Translations under genes and position numbers: made by a program
Shown: one piece after another, positions 29,301-40,572 of the stretch
Layout of the letters: each line of letters starts with the position of its first letter
Position numbering within the stretch: the first letter of the stretch is position 1
Source of the DNA: Cyanobacteria bacterium P01_A01_bin.123
GTDB taxonomy: Bacteria; Cyanobacteriota; Cyanobacteriia; Phormidesmidales; Phormidesmidaceae
Direction: 5' to 3'
Length of the DNA: 64,000 bases
Assembly: GCA_039815185.1 (NCBI GenBank)
Contig: JBCBZT010000015.1
Span: 32,001 to 96,000 of the forward strand
The notes under the pieces: model-generated
The model's database searches: none
What the model was told of the DNA's origin: nothing
What the model saw: only the letters and a program-made list of their open reading frames with translations

Positions 29301-29738
29301 TCACCCCAACCGATCCAACAAACTTCGCCGCTTTTGCTCAAACTCGTACTCTGAAATCAGTCCCTCTTGACGCAGCCGTTCAAGTTCCCGCAAGGCGTTA
29401 GCGATCGCGCCGACTTGTTCCGCAGGCAAGGCGTTAGCTGAGGCAGATTGGGGAGGGGCAGGGATGTTTGAAGACCGTCTTTCAGCGGTCATCGCCACTG
29501 TTGAGGCCAAAAATCGCTGCCCAAACCCTTGATCACTATGGGACAGATACCAAATGCCTTCAATCGCGCTGGCAATGCGAGGGATTTGAGTCCAACCCAA
29601 CAGCAAATATAAAGTCCCCCATACGGGTTGGCCGAGATAAAACTTGTGGAGGCCAGAAAGGGGTAACGGTGTTGGCTGAAATGCCCCTAATAGCGCTAAT
29701 CCCGCCGCAACTTTGCGATTTTTCTCAGAACCCATCAT
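29301..29738 (-). CDS. TM2 (NINE) + SHOCT domain protein
   Basis: GLHKFYLGQ..WG.LYL; C-terminal LRELERLRQEGLISEYEFEQKRR. Confidence 0.85.
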   Translation of the reverse strand: MMGSEKNRKVAAGLALLGAFQPTPLPLSGLHKFYLGQPVWGTLYLLLGWTQIPRIASAIEGIWYLSHSDQGFGQRFLASTVAMTAERRSSNIPAPPQSASANALPAEQVGAIANALRELERLRQEGLISEYEFEQKRRSLLDRLG

Positions 29739-30360
29739 GCTGCTAAACCTGCGAAGTCGACTTTACCCTCGACTTTGACTTGCCCCATTAGGAGGCTGTT
29801 TGAGGTCAAATTGAATATTCTCCCCAGTCTACTCCTGATGTTTCAATAGAAGACAGGTAAATAAGGGTTAGCTAGAATGATAAACGCTGATCTATGCTTA
29901 GGGTGCTATCGGTGAGAACTGCTGATGCTGGAACTTTTTGGGCGGTTTAAATCGGGCTTTTTCAAGAAAACAACGATACGGTGACTGGACTAAGATAAAA
30001 AGACACCCGTGTGTCTCTGGAACTTGCATGAAAATACTAAGTCCAAGATGGCGGGGTCTTGATATTTTTTCCACCATCTAGGGTTAATTTAGAGTCTGGT
30101 TTTGACTATCAACTCAGTCCTATGCAGGGGAAGACTGTAATAATGGCGAATGCTAACGCTTATCATTGCCCAGGGGATTCCAGATAGCTTCAACCGCGAT
30201 CGCCCTTACCATACCAGCTGATTCCAACAGATATACATCCGCAAATCTACTAGGAGAAATCGCGCGGCTCCACGCTAGCATCAGATGCTCTACTGATTCC
30301 TCGATACCATGGGTAATGCCCATATGCACCATAGCTCACGGCCCATCGCATCAAGTTTGA

Positions 30361-31296
30361 ATGGCACCCGAACCTCTGTCTCATGACTGGCTCAAGCAAT
30401 TTTCTGACCCTTACGCGACTTTGGGGCTCTCGGTCGCGGCAGATGAACGACGTCTACTTAAGCGGTATCGTCAAGTTGCCAAACGTTTGCATCCAGACGT
30501 TCAAGCGAACAATGACGAATCAACTCAGGAACTTGCCAGGCAGATTATTACTCGGTTGGTCAACCCAGCTTATCAACGGCTCAAGATCGATAAAAGTCGT
30601 TCAGAAACCCTGGCAACCCTGCGCTTCAAGGTGCGTCGTTTGACCCGCCAGTCTCAACTCAATCCCACCAGCGACCTGGCGAAAGCGTTATTCAAGGCAG
30701 CTGATACCGAGGTGGATGTGTTCTATGAACAAGCCCTTGATCAGCTGGCAGAGGGGCAGTATGAATCAGTTGAGACCTTTGAACAAATTACCCCCCAACT
30801 GGCCGAGCTCAATTTGGTCTACCTGCGGCGCAAAATGGGAGAACCCGTTATTCGTGAAAAACGAACCGGCCTTGTGGCAGCGTCCACGGTTCCTACAGCA
30901 CCTGTGGGTCAGCCCAAACATCAGCCCAATGATGCTCAGAGCAACGGCAAAGCACCCCTACCGCCCAATTACGCTGAACGACACATTGAACGCGCCCAGG
31001 AATATCTGCAAAAAGGGAATCACAATCAAGCGGTACAAGAACTCCGCGATGCCATCCGAATTGAACCTAGCAACAGCCATTTCCATTCCCTACTGGGGCG
31101 GGCTTACCTGATGCAAAAGCTAGAGGGTATGGCTAAGGTTCATTTCCGTCAGGCGCTCAAGTTGGATTCCAATAATGCGCTGGCCCGCAAATATGCCCCG
31201 CGGCTCGGTATTGAGCTGCAATCTGCTCCAAATGGCAATACCAAAGGCAAGCGACAAGGCAACCGTGGCTTTTTTGGCCTATTCCAAAAGAAATAA
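30361..31296 (+). CDS. J-domain + TPR protein
   Basis: DPYATLG...YRQVAKRLHPD; C-terminal TPRs. Confidence 0.88.
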   Translation: MAPEPLSHDWLKQFSDPYATLGLSVAADERRLLKRYRQVAKRLHPDVQANNDESTQELARQIITRLVNPAYQRLKIDKSRSETLATLRFKVRRLTRQSQLNPTSDLAKALFKAADTEVDVFYEQALDQLAEGQYESVETFEQITPQLAELNLVYLRRKMGEPVIREKRTGLVAASTVPTAPVGQPKHQPNDAQSNGKAPLPPNYAERHIERAQEYLQKGNHNQAVQELRDAIRIEPSNSHFHSLLGRAYLMQKLEGMAKVHFRQALKLDSNNALARKYAPRLGIELQSAPNGNTKGKRQGNRGFFGLFQKK

Positions 31297-31305
31297 TTAA
31301 ACCCG

Positions 31306-31986
31306 ATGGCGTTTCAAAACCCTGAAGAGATTGATCTCGCCCCGTTGATTGACCAGGCCCTGCTGACCCCGGCAGTGATCCCGGTAGCCGTAGTTGAAGC
31401 CTGTGATCTAGCCGTTCGATATGGCTTTGCCTCAGTGTGCGTCTATCCTAACGCCGTGCGTCAGGCTGCCGAACAGCTCCATGGCAAAGCCCCTAATGTC
31501 TGTACAGTGATTGGATTTCCCTCTGGGGCGAGTACCGCTGCTGTCAAACTCTACGAAGCCCAAGAAGCGACTGAAAACGGGGCGACAGAATTGGATGTGG
31601 TGCTTAATCTCAGCTGGCTCAAAACAGGCAATACTAAGGCCCTACATCGAGAAATTGCCGAAATTTGTGACGCAACGGGGCAGTGTGTCAAAGCGATTTT
31701 AGAAATGGCCCTGTTGAGTGAGGCTGAAAAGCGCCTGGTGGCCGAAATTTGCCTCGATGCTGGCGTCGCTTTCCTGAAAACCAGTACGGGCTGGTTTGGC
31801 GGGGCCACCGTTGCTGATGTCAAGTTACTGGCTGAGATCACTCGGGGACAGGTAGGCATCAAAGCCTCTGGCGGCATCCGCACCCGAGCCCAGGCAGTGG
31901 ACTTAGTTTTGGCTGGTGCCACGCGCTTGGGTACCTCTCGGGGGCCAGATATTGTGCGTGATCAAGGGCAAGAACCACAATCATGA
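31306..31986 (+). CDS. deoC: Deoxyribose-phosphate aldolase
   Basis: [30 protein letters not shown] and GATRLGTS. Confidence 0.95.
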   Translation: MAFQNPEEIDLAPLIDQALLTPAVIPVAVVEACDLAVRYGFASVCVYPNAVRQAAEQLHGKAPNVCTVIGFPSGASTAAVKLYEAQEATENGATELDVVLNLSWLKTGNTKALHREIAEICDATGQCVKAILEMALLSEAEKRLVAEICLDAGVAFLKTSTGWFGGATVADVKLLAEITRGQVGIKASGGIRTRAQAVDLVLAGATRLGTSRGPDIVRDQGQEPQS

Positions 31987-32993
31987 GTCGCACCTACAAA
32001 GCCATTGGCATCAACCTCAAAACCCAACCGATGGGCGAGTCCGATCGATTACTCACGATTTTGACCCAAGAGCAGGGCTTAATTCGCGCGATCGCCCCCG
32101 GTGCCCGCAAACATAAATCAAGCCTGTCAGGACGTAGTGGCCTATTTGTGATCAATGATTTGCTGATTGCCAAAGGCAAATCCCTCGGTAAGGTCACCCA
32201 GGCCGAAACCCGCCAGTCTTTTCCTAAACTGAGCAGTGATTTAGCTAAGCTCACTGCCAGTCAGTATTTAGCCGAGTTAGTGCTGTGCCAAGCCCTCAGC
32301 GATCAATCCCAGACCGATCTATTTAACTTGCTAATAGAGCATCTAGAACGGTTAGAGCGGGCGTCTAAAGCATCGGTATTAGCCTGTCTGGCCCATGCCA
32401 CCTTTCATTTGCTGGCGCTGGCTGGGGTTGCGCCCCAGGTTCATCAGTGCTGTGTATCCCGCAGTCCACTGGTGCCCGATTTGAGCAATCCTGACTGGCG
32501 CGTGGGCTTTAGCCTGGTGGCAGGGGGGACAGTACACCTAGCTGAACTGACTCGGCTGCATGCCTCTAACTCCGTTACAAACTCCGTCACAAAGGTTGAA
32601 GCAGCATCGGCAGCTGACCAACCCATGTCATCAGGTTCTTCCCCTTTGACAGCCAATACAGCCCCTACTTCAGGAAAATCCTCAAAAGAGCTTGCCGTCC
32701 ACGACGACACAGCCCGTTATGATACTGGAGGGGGATTTGTCGCCCGAGGCAGATCTGCCTCAGCACAGGTGTTTCAGTTGACTGCAACAGAGTTGGTGCT
32801 CTTGCAGCAGTTAAATCAGGCTGACCTAATTGCCGCTCTGCCAATTACGGAGCCATCCCCAGCCCAGATTCAGATTGGTCCCCATCGCTACTGGTATCGG
32901 ATAGAACGAATCCTCCGCCAATATGCTCAATATCAGTTTGATCGACCTATTCGGTCAGCGGCGCTAATTGATACTTGTTTTTCGCCCCCTTAG
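31983..32993 (+). CDS. recO: DNA repair protein RecO
   Basis: [36 protein letters not shown] and QYLAE; overlaps the deoC stop (ATGA). Confidence 0.92.
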   Translation: MSRTYKAIGINLKTQPMGESDRLLTILTQEQGLIRAIAPGARKHKSSLSGRSGLFVINDLLIAKGKSLGKVTQAETRQSFPKLSSDLAKLTASQYLAELVLCQALSDQSQTDLFNLLIEHLERLERASKASVLACLAHATFHLLALAGVAPQVHQCCVSRSPLVPDLSNPDWRVGFSLVAGGTVHLAELTRLHASNSVTNSVTKVEAASAADQPMSSGSSPLTANTAPTSGKSSKELAVHDDTARYDTGGGFVARGRSASAQVFQLTATELVLLQQLNQADLIAALPITEPSPAQIQIGPHRYWYRIERILRQYAQYQFDRPIRSAALIDTCFSPP

Positions 32994-33018
32994 ATGTCAG
33001 CCCAGCCAGCTAAGTTTT

Positions 33019-34524
33019 ATGCTTCGAGAGTTTGATGCCGATGCGGCTAACACAACAGAGAAGGCCCCATCGTCTTCCGGATCAGACCGCGCTCCGTTCT
33101 ATGGGGACGAGAGTCTTGAGACAGTCGGCACAACTCAGGCTCAAGTCAATCAATCTAAAACGCTAGGCGAAGCCAATCATCATCCGTCAACTGAAGCTAA
33201 GGAAGACGCTTCGTTTGAAGCCGCTTCAGAAGGCTTTTGGCCTGTCTTGCAGAATCGCAATTTTCTGACGCTGTGGCTAGGGCAGGTGTTTTCTCAACTG
33301 GCCGATAAGATTTATCTAGTGTTGATGATTGCTATCATCGCTAGCCAGTTTGAAGCACCAGGACAAACTATCAGCGGCTGGGTCTCGGCCATTATGATTG
33401 CGTTCACCATCCCGGCAGTCTTGTTTGGCTCTCTGGCTGGCGTGTATGTTGATCGCTGGGCCAAGAAACCGGTATTGGTCTTGACCAATCTGTTCAGGGG
33501 GGGGCTGGTGATTGCGATCCCCGTGCTGATTTGGGGGTTTCAAGATTGGGGAACCCTCCGGGGGTTGCCCATTAGTTTTTGTGCCTTGTTAGCAGTTACC
33601 TTTCTAGTCTCGACGCTGACCCAATTTTTTGCCCCGGCAGAGCAAGCCGTGATTCCGCTGATTGTCAAAAAGACCCATCTGCTATCGGCTAATTCTCTCT
33701 ACACCACGACGATGATGGCATCGGTGATTATTGGCTTTGCTGTGGGTGAGCCGCTACTGGAAGTGGCCGATCGGCTACTGGCTCCCCTTGATCAGGGTAG
33801 TGGTATTGGCAAAGACGTATTGGTGGGGATCGCTTATGCGATCGCTGGTTTGATTCTCCTGCTGATGCAAACTCAAGAACGTAGCCCAGCAACCGTGGAT
33901 GAGCATCCTCATCCCTGGCAAGATATCCGTGAGGGCTTGCGATACATCAAACATCATGCCCAAGTACGCAGTGCCTTAATTCAGCTTGTGATGTTGTTTT
34001 GTGTTTTTGCAGCTTTAGCGGTGCTAGCCGTACGCTTGGCTGAGGTGATTCCCACCCTGCGCTCATCCCAGTTTGGTTTCCTACTGGCCGCGGGCGGGGT
34101 CGGCATGGCTATCGGGGCAGTGCTAGTCGGACAGTTTGGCCAGCAGTTCCGTCGACTCCACTTAGGGACTGTCGGCTCGTTCGGCATGACTGGAGCTTTA
34201 GTCGGCCTTGCCTTTACGACCGAACAACTGTGGCTATGTTTGGGGCTCATTGGTTTGCTAGGGCTCTCCGCCGCCGTCGTCGGCATTCCAATGCAAACGA
34301 CGATTCAAGAAAAAACCCCAGAAGAGATGCGCGGCAAAGTTTTTGGTCTGCAAAATAATTTAGTCAATATCGCCCTCAGCTTACCTTTGGCCTTAACTGG
34401 GTTAGCTGAAACGGCCTTTGGATTAACCCCTGTTTTTCTAGGATTAGCGACCTTCGTTGCTGGAGGGGGGCTGTTGACCTGGTATGTTACCCATACAGGG
34501 GCTTCGGCCACCGATGCCCTGTAA
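33019..34524 (+). CDS. MFS transporter
   Basis: NFLTLWLGQVFSQLAD, AGVYVDRW, FFAPAEQA and MRGKVFG; about 12 TM. Confidence 0.9.
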   Translation: MLREFDADAANTTEKAPSSSGSDRAPFYGDESLETVGTTQAQVNQSKTLGEANHHPSTEAKEDASFEAASEGFWPVLQNRNFLTLWLGQVFSQLADKIYLVLMIAIIASQFEAPGQTISGWVSAIMIAFTIPAVLFGSLAGVYVDRWAKKPVLVLTNLFRGGLVIAIPVLIWGFQDWGTLRGLPISFCALLAVTFLVSTLTQFFAPAEQAVIPLIVKKTHLLSANSLYTTTMMASVIIGFAVGEPLLEVADRLLAPLDQGSGIGKDVLVGIAYAIAGLILLLMQTQERSPATVDEHPHPWQDIREGLRYIKHHAQVRSALIQLVMLFCVFAALAVLAVRLAEVIPTLRSSQFGFLLAAGGVGMAIGAVLVGQFGQQFRRLHLGTVGSFGMTGALVGLAFTTEQLWLCLGLIGLLGLSAAVVGIPMQTTIQEKTPEEMRGKVFGLQNNLVNIALSLPLALTGLAETAFGLTPVFLGLATFVAGGGLLTWYVTHTGASATDAL

Positions 34525-34612
34525 TTTACTTAAACTTGTTAAATTCTTATCAAGTCATGACTTCATCAATTCATGGCTTGTTTTTAACAACCCTTTATAT
34601 TCGCTTAATTGA

Positions 34613-35761
34613 ATGCATATCGCGTGGCTTGGCAAGAAATCTCCATTCTGCGGCAATGTGACTTATGGACGAGAAATTACCAATGCTCTCCTCGACCGGG
34701 GGCATCGGGTAACGTTTCTCCATTTTGCTCAACCCGATGGCTTAGATGACCAACATCCTGAGTGTCAAGAGGTGTCACTGCCCTTCTTCTTCAAATCTCA
34801 AATTCTGACGATTCCCTCTTTTCGCACTGGCAAGTTGCTGGTAGAGACACTCCAGCGCTTGAAGCCAGATGTGGTTCATGCCTCCTTGACCCTTTCACCC
34901 TTGGATTTTCGGCTCCCCGAGATTTGCCAAGCTCTTGGTATTCCGCTGATTGCTACGTTTCATCCCGCCTTTGATCGCAAACGACGAAATTTATCATCGG
35001 GCACCCAGCATTTGACTTACCAATTTTATGCCCCGTGTTTAGCTCACTATGATCAAGTCATTGTATTTTCTCAGCTTCAGCGCGAGCTGTTGGTTAAACT
35101 CGGGGTACCTAACCAGACGGTGGTCGTGATTCCCAACGGGGTAGACATTCGCAAGTATTCCCCAGGGCCATCACCCATCAAAGCTGAATTCAACACCGAT
35201 CGCTTATTTGTTTATCAGGGCAGACTCTCGATTGAAAAAAATGTGGAGTCTCTACTACGCGGCTGGAAACACGCCAAGATGGGCAATCAATGCCGTTTGC
35301 TGATTGTGGGCAGTGGCCCCATAGAAGCCTCTCTGAAAGCGTTCTATGGTTCGGGAGATAACATTACCTGGTTGGGTTTCGTTGCCGATGAACAGCGACG
35401 GATTGAAATTTTGCGTGGCGCCGATGTGTTCATTTTGCCTTCCCTGGTTGAAGGGCTGTCGTTATCGCTACTAGAGAGCATGGCCTGTGGTACTGCCTGT
35501 GTCGCTACCGATGCTGGCGCTGATGGAGAGGTGCTTGAAGCCGGGGCCGGTATTGTCATTGATACTCACAAAGTTTCAATCCAGCTCCAGACCTTGTTAC
35601 CCGTCTTTCGCGACCATCCGGAGATGACGACTCTGTTGGGGCAAAAAGCGCGCCAGCGAGTCTTAGATCGATATACTTTGAGCACTAATATTAGCCAATT
35701 GGAAACGCTATACAGCAAGGCCTTAAGGGCTCCACGGTTATATGCTCGGCAGGGGGCTTAG
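34613..35761 (+). CDS. dgdA: GT4 glycosyltransferase, probably digalactosyldiacylglycerol synthase
   Basis: GT4 motifs IPNGVD, GRLSIEKNV and PSLVEGLSLSLLESMACG; the N-terminus MHIAWLGKKSPFCGNVTY matches my recollection of cyanobacterial DgdA/Ycf82. Confidence 0.7.
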   Translation: MHIAWLGKKSPFCGNVTYGREITNALLDRGHRVTFLHFAQPDGLDDQHPECQEVSLPFFFKSQILTIPSFRTGKLLVETLQRLKPDVVHASLTLSPLDFRLPEICQALGIPLIATFHPAFDRKRRNLSSGTQHLTYQFYAPCLAHYDQVIVFSQLQRELLVKLGVPNQTVVVIPNGVDIRKYSPGPSPIKAEFNTDRLFVYQGRLSIEKNVESLLRGWKHAKMGNQCRLLIVGSGPIEASLKAFYGSGDNITWLGFVADEQRRIEILRGADVFILPSLVEGLSLSLLESMACGTACVATDAGADGEVLEAGAGIVIDTHKVSIQLQTLLPVFRDHPEMTTLLGQKARQRVLDRYTLSTNISQLETLYSKALRAPRLYARQGA

Positions 35762-35896
35762 GGCGTATGAATTTCAAGTGTGACTGTTCTGGTGCCCTCT
35801 AAGCAGCGTAAAGGATTTGAAAAGGAACAGTCCCTTACGCTTTGTAGATAATAGAGGGAGTCTGTGCAGCGTTTTCCCTAACCTGCTTGTTGATTT

Positions 35897-36781
35897 ATGC
35901 CGCCTCGCTTCATCACCACATCTCAAGAGGTTGAAGCCGTTTTTTCGGGGCCTCCCCTGATTACTACGGGGGGATTTCAGCATGGGTTGCACATTGATTG
36001 TCGTTGGGAACCTGCTTCGGAAGTTGAGGAAGTCGCGACTCCCTGGCATGTGGCTGTGGTGTTTACATCTCTGGCAGAACCAGCGGTGGCAGAACGTAAG
36101 CTGGATGGTCGAGTCAAGATTGAACAAGTTCACCCAGGCGATGTGATAATTGTGCCTGCCCATGTGGGACATGGGGCTAAATGGAATGCGTCGGGCGAGT
36201 TTATTTCTTTTGCGTTTGAGCCAACTGCTTTGGTACATGCCGTTGACCCAGCGATCGCGCCGAGTCAATTAACCCTGGTTCCTCAATTTGCGACTCAAGA
36301 TCTGCTGGTATTACAGCTAGGGCTGACGTTGAAGCGACTGTTGGCCAGCGGAGAGCCTATCGAGGGCCTCTACATGGAGAGCCTCACCCATACCTTAGCG
36401 GTTCATCTATGCCAACAACATGGCACCCGTCAGTTGCCCGCCAAAGCTTATACCGATGGCCTTTCCCAACATTGCCTGACTCAGCTGATGGATTATATCT
36501 ATGCTCATTTAGACAGCGATTTGAGCCTTAACCAACTGGCTCAACTTGCCGATATGAGTCCCCATTATTTCTCGCAGTTGTTCAAACAATCTACTGGACT
36601 CAGTCCACACCAATACATCATTCAATGCCGGATCAATCGGGCTAAAGCCCTGCTCAGCAATACCCAAAAGCCCATTGCTGAGATTGCCTATCAAGTCGGT
36701 TTTGCGAACCAAAGTCACCTCAACCGTCACTTCAAACGGACTGTGGGAGCAACGCCGCGTCAGTTTCGCGCTCAAGTCTGA
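35897..36781 (+). CDS. AraC-family transcriptional regulator
   Basis: MSPHYFSQLFKQSTG and IAYQVGFANQSHLNRHFKR. Confidence 0.93.
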   Translation: MPPRFITTSQEVEAVFSGPPLITTGGFQHGLHIDCRWEPASEVEEVATPWHVAVVFTSLAEPAVAERKLDGRVKIEQVHPGDVIIVPAHVGHGAKWNASGEFISFAFEPTALVHAVDPAIAPSQLTLVPQFATQDLLVLQLGLTLKRLLASGEPIEGLYMESLTHTLAVHLCQQHGTRQLPAKAYTDGLSQHCLTQLMDYIYAHLDSDLSLNQLAQLADMSPHYFSQLFKQSTGLSPHQYIIQCRINRAKALLSNTQKPIAEIAYQVGFANQSHLNRHFKRTVGATPRQFRAQV

Positions 36782-36911
36782 CATCGGCAATTTTGGATTT
36801 TGGGCCTCTGCAGTTCTAGTCCGGTTTGTACAAAATAACGGAGAAACCTACAAGACACTGGCGCTTTGAATTTTGATACTAGAAGCAATCTCATTGTATG
36901 GAGACGCTTCT

Positions 36912-38096
36912 ATGCCACAGATTGAGACTCGCACTGATCCGATGGTGATCAACTTTGGGCCTCACCATCCTGCCATGCACGGGTGCTTTCGCATCATGGT
37001 TACCCTGGATGGTGAAGATGTGGTGGATTGTGAACCCGTGATTGGCTATTTGCACCGGGGAATGGAAAAGATTGCGGAAAACCGCACCACCACTATGTAC
37101 ATTCCCTACGTCAGCCGTTGGGACTATTACGGTGGCATGTTCAATGAAGCGGTGACGGTGAATGCGGTGGAAAAGCTGGCCGATATTGAGGTGCCCAAGC
37201 GGGCCAGCTACATTCGCGTGATCATGTTGGAGCTCACTCGCATTACCAATCACCTGCTCTGGATGGGGCCATTTATCAGCGACCTGGGCAACCATGCGCT
37301 GTTTTTCTATACGCTGCGCGATCGCGAGATGATTCTCGACCTGTTTGAAGCCGTCACGGGCTATCGCATGGTCAACAACAACTATTTTCGAGTCGGGGGC
37401 GTGGCGGCAGACTTGACCTATGGCTGGGTCGATAAGTGCCAAGAGTTTTGTCAGTTAATGGCCACCAGCATTGATGAGTATGAACGATTGGTCAACAAAA
37501 ATCCCATTTTTCTGAGGCGGACTGAAGGGCTAGGTGTTTTGACCCGTGAAGACGCGATCAATTGGGGCTGCTCTGGGCCGATGTTGCGGGCCTCTGGGGT
37601 GAAGTGGGATCTGCGCAAAGTTGATCACTATGAATGCTACGACGACTTTGATTGGGACGTGCAGTGGGATACCGCAGGCGATTGTCTGGCCCGTTATAAA
37701 GTCCGGTTGGCAGAAATGCACGAGTCACTCAAAATTCTTCAGCAGGCCCTATCGGCCTTACCCGGCGGTCCTTGGGAAAATCTAGAAGCGAAGCGACTAA
37801 CAGAAGGTCCCAAGTCTATCTGGGACGACTTTGATTATCAGTTCATGGCCAAGAAAATCCCACCCACGTTCAAAATTCCTGCGGGTGAGCACTATGTTCG
37901 TGTTGAATCAGGGCGTGGAGAGTTGGGCATTTTTGTTCAGGGCAATGACAATAGCTTCCCCTGGCGCTGGAAAATTCGCCCGGCTGATTTCAACAATTTG
38001 CAGGTGCTGCCCCAGCTAATTAGGGGTCAGAAGGTGGCGGATATCTTCGTGATTCTGGGTAGCGTTGATGTTGTGATGGGATCTGTCGATCGATAG
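36912..38096 (+). CDS. ndhH: NAD(P)H-quinone oxidoreductase subunit H, divergent variant
   Basis: [37 protein letters not shown] and C-terminal MGSVDR; GGAG RBS upstream. Confidence 0.95.
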   Translation: MPQIETRTDPMVINFGPHHPAMHGCFRIMVTLDGEDVVDCEPVIGYLHRGMEKIAENRTTTMYIPYVSRWDYYGGMFNEAVTVNAVEKLADIEVPKRASYIRVIMLELTRITNHLLWMGPFISDLGNHALFFYTLRDREMILDLFEAVTGYRMVNNNYFRVGGVAADLTYGWVDKCQEFCQLMATSIDEYERLVNKNPIFLRRTEGLGVLTREDAINWGCSGPMLRASGVKWDLRKVDHYECYDDFDWDVQWDTAGDCLARYKVRLAEMHESLKILQQALSALPGGPWENLEAKRLTEGPKSIWDDFDYQFMAKKIPPTFKIPAGEHYVRVESGRGELGIFVQGNDNSFPWRWKIRPADFNNLQVLPQLIRGQKVADIFVILGSVDVVMGSVDR

Positions 38097-38107
38097 GTAC
38101 TGGGCTA

Positions 38108-38207
38108 GAGACCGGGTTTCTAGTCACATCATTCCAGCTTAGAAACCCGGTATCTAAGCTGGTTTTTGCTTGAAATTCAGAAGCTTGACACTAGAAACCC
38201 GGTATCT
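38108..38207. repeat. Three AGAAACC(C/G)GGT(T/A)TCT palindromes
   Basis: Copies near 38108, 38141 and 38193. Confidence 0.6.
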
Positions 38208-38247
38208 TGAAATGCCTTAAATTGTGAATAGCAGCGCTTGTCTGACT

Positions 38248-38526
38248 ATGGCTAAATCCCTAGATCCATTAAACGAAGACGCTTTAATCAAAGAAGTCTG
38301 TCGCCGCATCCGCGTTGCCAGAAGCTATTGGGATGCCCACAACAATCGGGCCTGTCGCAAGGAGCGAGAAAAAGCCTTGGCCCTCTACAACACCTTGACC
38401 AAGGCCCAGAAGGATAAAATCCCTCAAGTTTTGCGCGTCTGGCTACGCTATCGCAGCGAAAAATATTTTGGAGCCCATCGCACGCCACCAGGGAAAGGTA
38501 AGCGGCAGGCCAAGAAGAAGCGATGA
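38248..38526 (+). CDS. Small basic hypothetical protein
   Basis: 92 aa, protein-like: EVCRRIRVARSYWDAHNN..C and WLRYRSEKYFG. Confidence 0.7.
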   Translation: MAKSLDPLNEDALIKEVCRRIRVARSYWDAHNNRACRKEREKALALYNTLTKAQKDKIPQVLRVWLRYRSEKYFGAHRTPPGKGKRQAKKKR

Positions 38527-38648
38527 TTGAGTACTCAAGGATTTTGGGGATGACGAGCAGATGATGAGTCTGGTTCATCAGAAATCTGCTTAGGCTAATG
38601 TGTATCACCTGATGAAAGGTCAATCGCCAACATCTCACTTCAGAAGTT

Positions 38649-38990
38649 ATGGCAAATTATGATCCTGACAGGCGTAAGGTTTTATCCGCATTGTGTCACG
38701 GAGCTTGCTTTTTCAGCTCCACAGTTTTTGCTGTCGGCATCCCAATCGTCATATTGGTGCTCACAGATGATCCGGTTGTGAAAGCCAATGCTAAAGAGGC
38801 ACTCAACTTTCAGATATCGATCTTCATTTGGGGAATTATTAGTATTTTACTCGCTATCCTTTTAATTGGATTCGTTATGTTCTTCATTCTTTTGATCTTT
38901 AGCTTTATAGCCCCAATCATCGCAATTGTGAGCGTTCTCAGCAATCCTGATCGGCGTTATAGATACGACGGTATTTTTCACTTTCTGTAG
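38649..38990 (+). CDS. DUF4870 membrane protein
   Basis: SALCHG, DPVVKANAKEALNFQ, three TMs and a YRY C-terminus. Confidence 0.85.
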   Translation: MANYDPDRRKVLSALCHGACFFSSTVFAVGIPIVILVLTDDPVVKANAKEALNFQISIFIWGIISILLAILLIGFVMFFILLIFSFIAPIIAIVSVLSNPDRRYRYDGIFHFL

Positions 38991-39169
38991 ATTAAAACAG
39001 TTGTGTGATGAGCGATGGAAAAGTTTTTTCGCGATCGCTTTTTGAAAGAATAAGATAAAGATAACTGATAGACAGCGATCGCAAATGCTATCCAGTATCA
39101 GCAAACGGAGTGACCGCCGATCTGATTTACAATTGTATCTTTAGTCTTTGAGAAACTCTAGGAGAGCTT

Positions 39170-39547
39170 ATGAGTTGGTCAGACTATGTATTCGATTCAG
39201 ATTATAAACAAAGACGAGACTTACTCAAGCAAAGAGATGAAATTGATTCTCTCAATAATTCGCTATACGCAAAATCCGATAAGCTGGCATTACGAATTAA
39301 GCAGCTAGAGCACGAAAATGCTGAAATTAAACTGGTTTGTCTGACGCTTCTACGTACGCTAATCAACCATGACCTGATTACTGAGGAAGGGTTTATTCAG
39401 TTATCTCAACAAGTTAATGCAGAAACTGATGTCCAGCGTAGACCGTCTGAGGTCAGAATTTTGCCTAAGCCAGAGCCGCCTCCAAAACAAGACATCAAGA
39501 TCGATTTTAGCTCTGCACGGCAGAAGCCTAAGAGCTTCGATCTGTAG
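39170..39547 (+). CDS. Hypothetical coiled-coil protein
   Basis: AGGAG RBS; 125 aa. Confidence 0.7.
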   Translation: MSWSDYVFDSDYKQRRDLLKQRDEIDSLNNSLYAKSDKLALRIKQLEHENAEIKLVCLTLLRTLINHDLITEEGFIQLSQQVNAETDVQRRPSEVRILPKPEPPPKQDIKIDFSSARQKPKSFDL

Positions 39548-39569
39548 CGTTAGTCTTTAAGGCTATTGT

Positions 39570-39601
39570 GTTGGGCTTCGCTTCACTTAACACCAATCTA
39601 C
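39570..39601 (-). repeat. Degenerate GTAG-family REP-like element
   Basis: Reverse strand reads GTAGATTGGTGTTAAGTGAAGCGAAGCCCAAC. Confidence 0.4.
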
Positions 39602-39844
39602 AAGAATTGGATAGCTTTATGGCTGGCAGAATTGCTCTTGATACATTTCAGTTTGATCCTGATGAGCCAAACATACCCCGTTTGTTTCGAGAGCAAACGG
39701 GGTATGGCAATCCCGATGTTGCCCTTGATGATGAATTGCTCGGAAGGTGATTTCCTAGTTGCGATCGCATCTGTAAAGACCAAAGATCCCAGGGTTTTAT
39801 GTGGCTATAACCAACGGTATTGGCTACATCGAAAACCCTGGGAT

Positions 39845-40414
39845 CTAAAACACCTGAGCAAAGTAGGTTAATCCTAAATGCAGGGCCGCGATCGTGCCAG
39901 ACACGGCAATCTCTCCCTGCAAAATCTTGGTATTGATTTGATCAACAGGCAACTTAACCAGGTCAATATCTTCGGTGACATCAAGCGCTTGTTCTCCCTG
40001 ATACTGCACGGGATAAGCCAAAAACATATGGATCCTATTGGTTTCTTTCACCGGGTTGTCATATAGCGTAGCGAGATGAATTAACGCTTCAGCACTGTAG
40101 CCCGTTTCCTCTTGCAGTTCCCGTAGCGCTGCCGTTTCAGCAGCTTCTTGTTGCGGATCAAAGGTTCCTGCTGGGAGTTCGAGCAGCACTTCCCCCGCCC
40201 CGTGGCGATATTGGTGGACAAAAATTACCTCTCGGTCAACCGTAATCGGCAGCACTAAAGCAACATCAGGGCGAACGCTGACGAAATAGTCGTCAATAAT
40301 TTCGCCATTGGGCAATCTGACTTCGTCTTGCCGCACTTTGTACCAGTGATGGTCGAATACGAGGCGCGATCGCAGCAATGTCCAACGTTTATCATCAGGG
40401 TTGGCAGTAGCCAT
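39845..40414 (-). CDS. NUDIX hydrolase (ADP-ribose pyrophosphatase-like)
   Basis: QYRHG, ELPAG and Nudix box AALRELQEETGY. Confidence 0.93.
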   Translation of the reverse strand: MATANPDDKRWTLLRSRLVFDHHWYKVRQDEVRLPNGEIIDDYFVSVRPDVALVLPITVDREVIFVHQYRHGAGEVLLELPAGTFDPQQEAAETAALRELQEETGYSAEALIHLATLYDNPVKETNRIHMFLAYPVQYQGEQALDVTEDIDLVKLPVDQINTKILQGEIAVSGTIAALHLGLTYFAQVF

Positions 40415-40572
40415 AGGGTTATCCGCAGTCTGTTGTGCGTAAGTCTTCCGTTAAAGTAAGAGAGGGGCGTGATGGCGCTGAGATTTGCTTTGCAGTATCC
40501 TTCCAGGGGAGCAAGCCAGCTATCTGGAACAATCCGCGATTACCTTAGCAAAGGTCAGGTGTAAAACGAGCG

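Noticed and set aside
39059..39135. Additional attC-like site
   Set aside because: It has an AAC box and a GACCGCCGATCTGA arm similar to attC1, but no GTTRRRY box and poor pairing.
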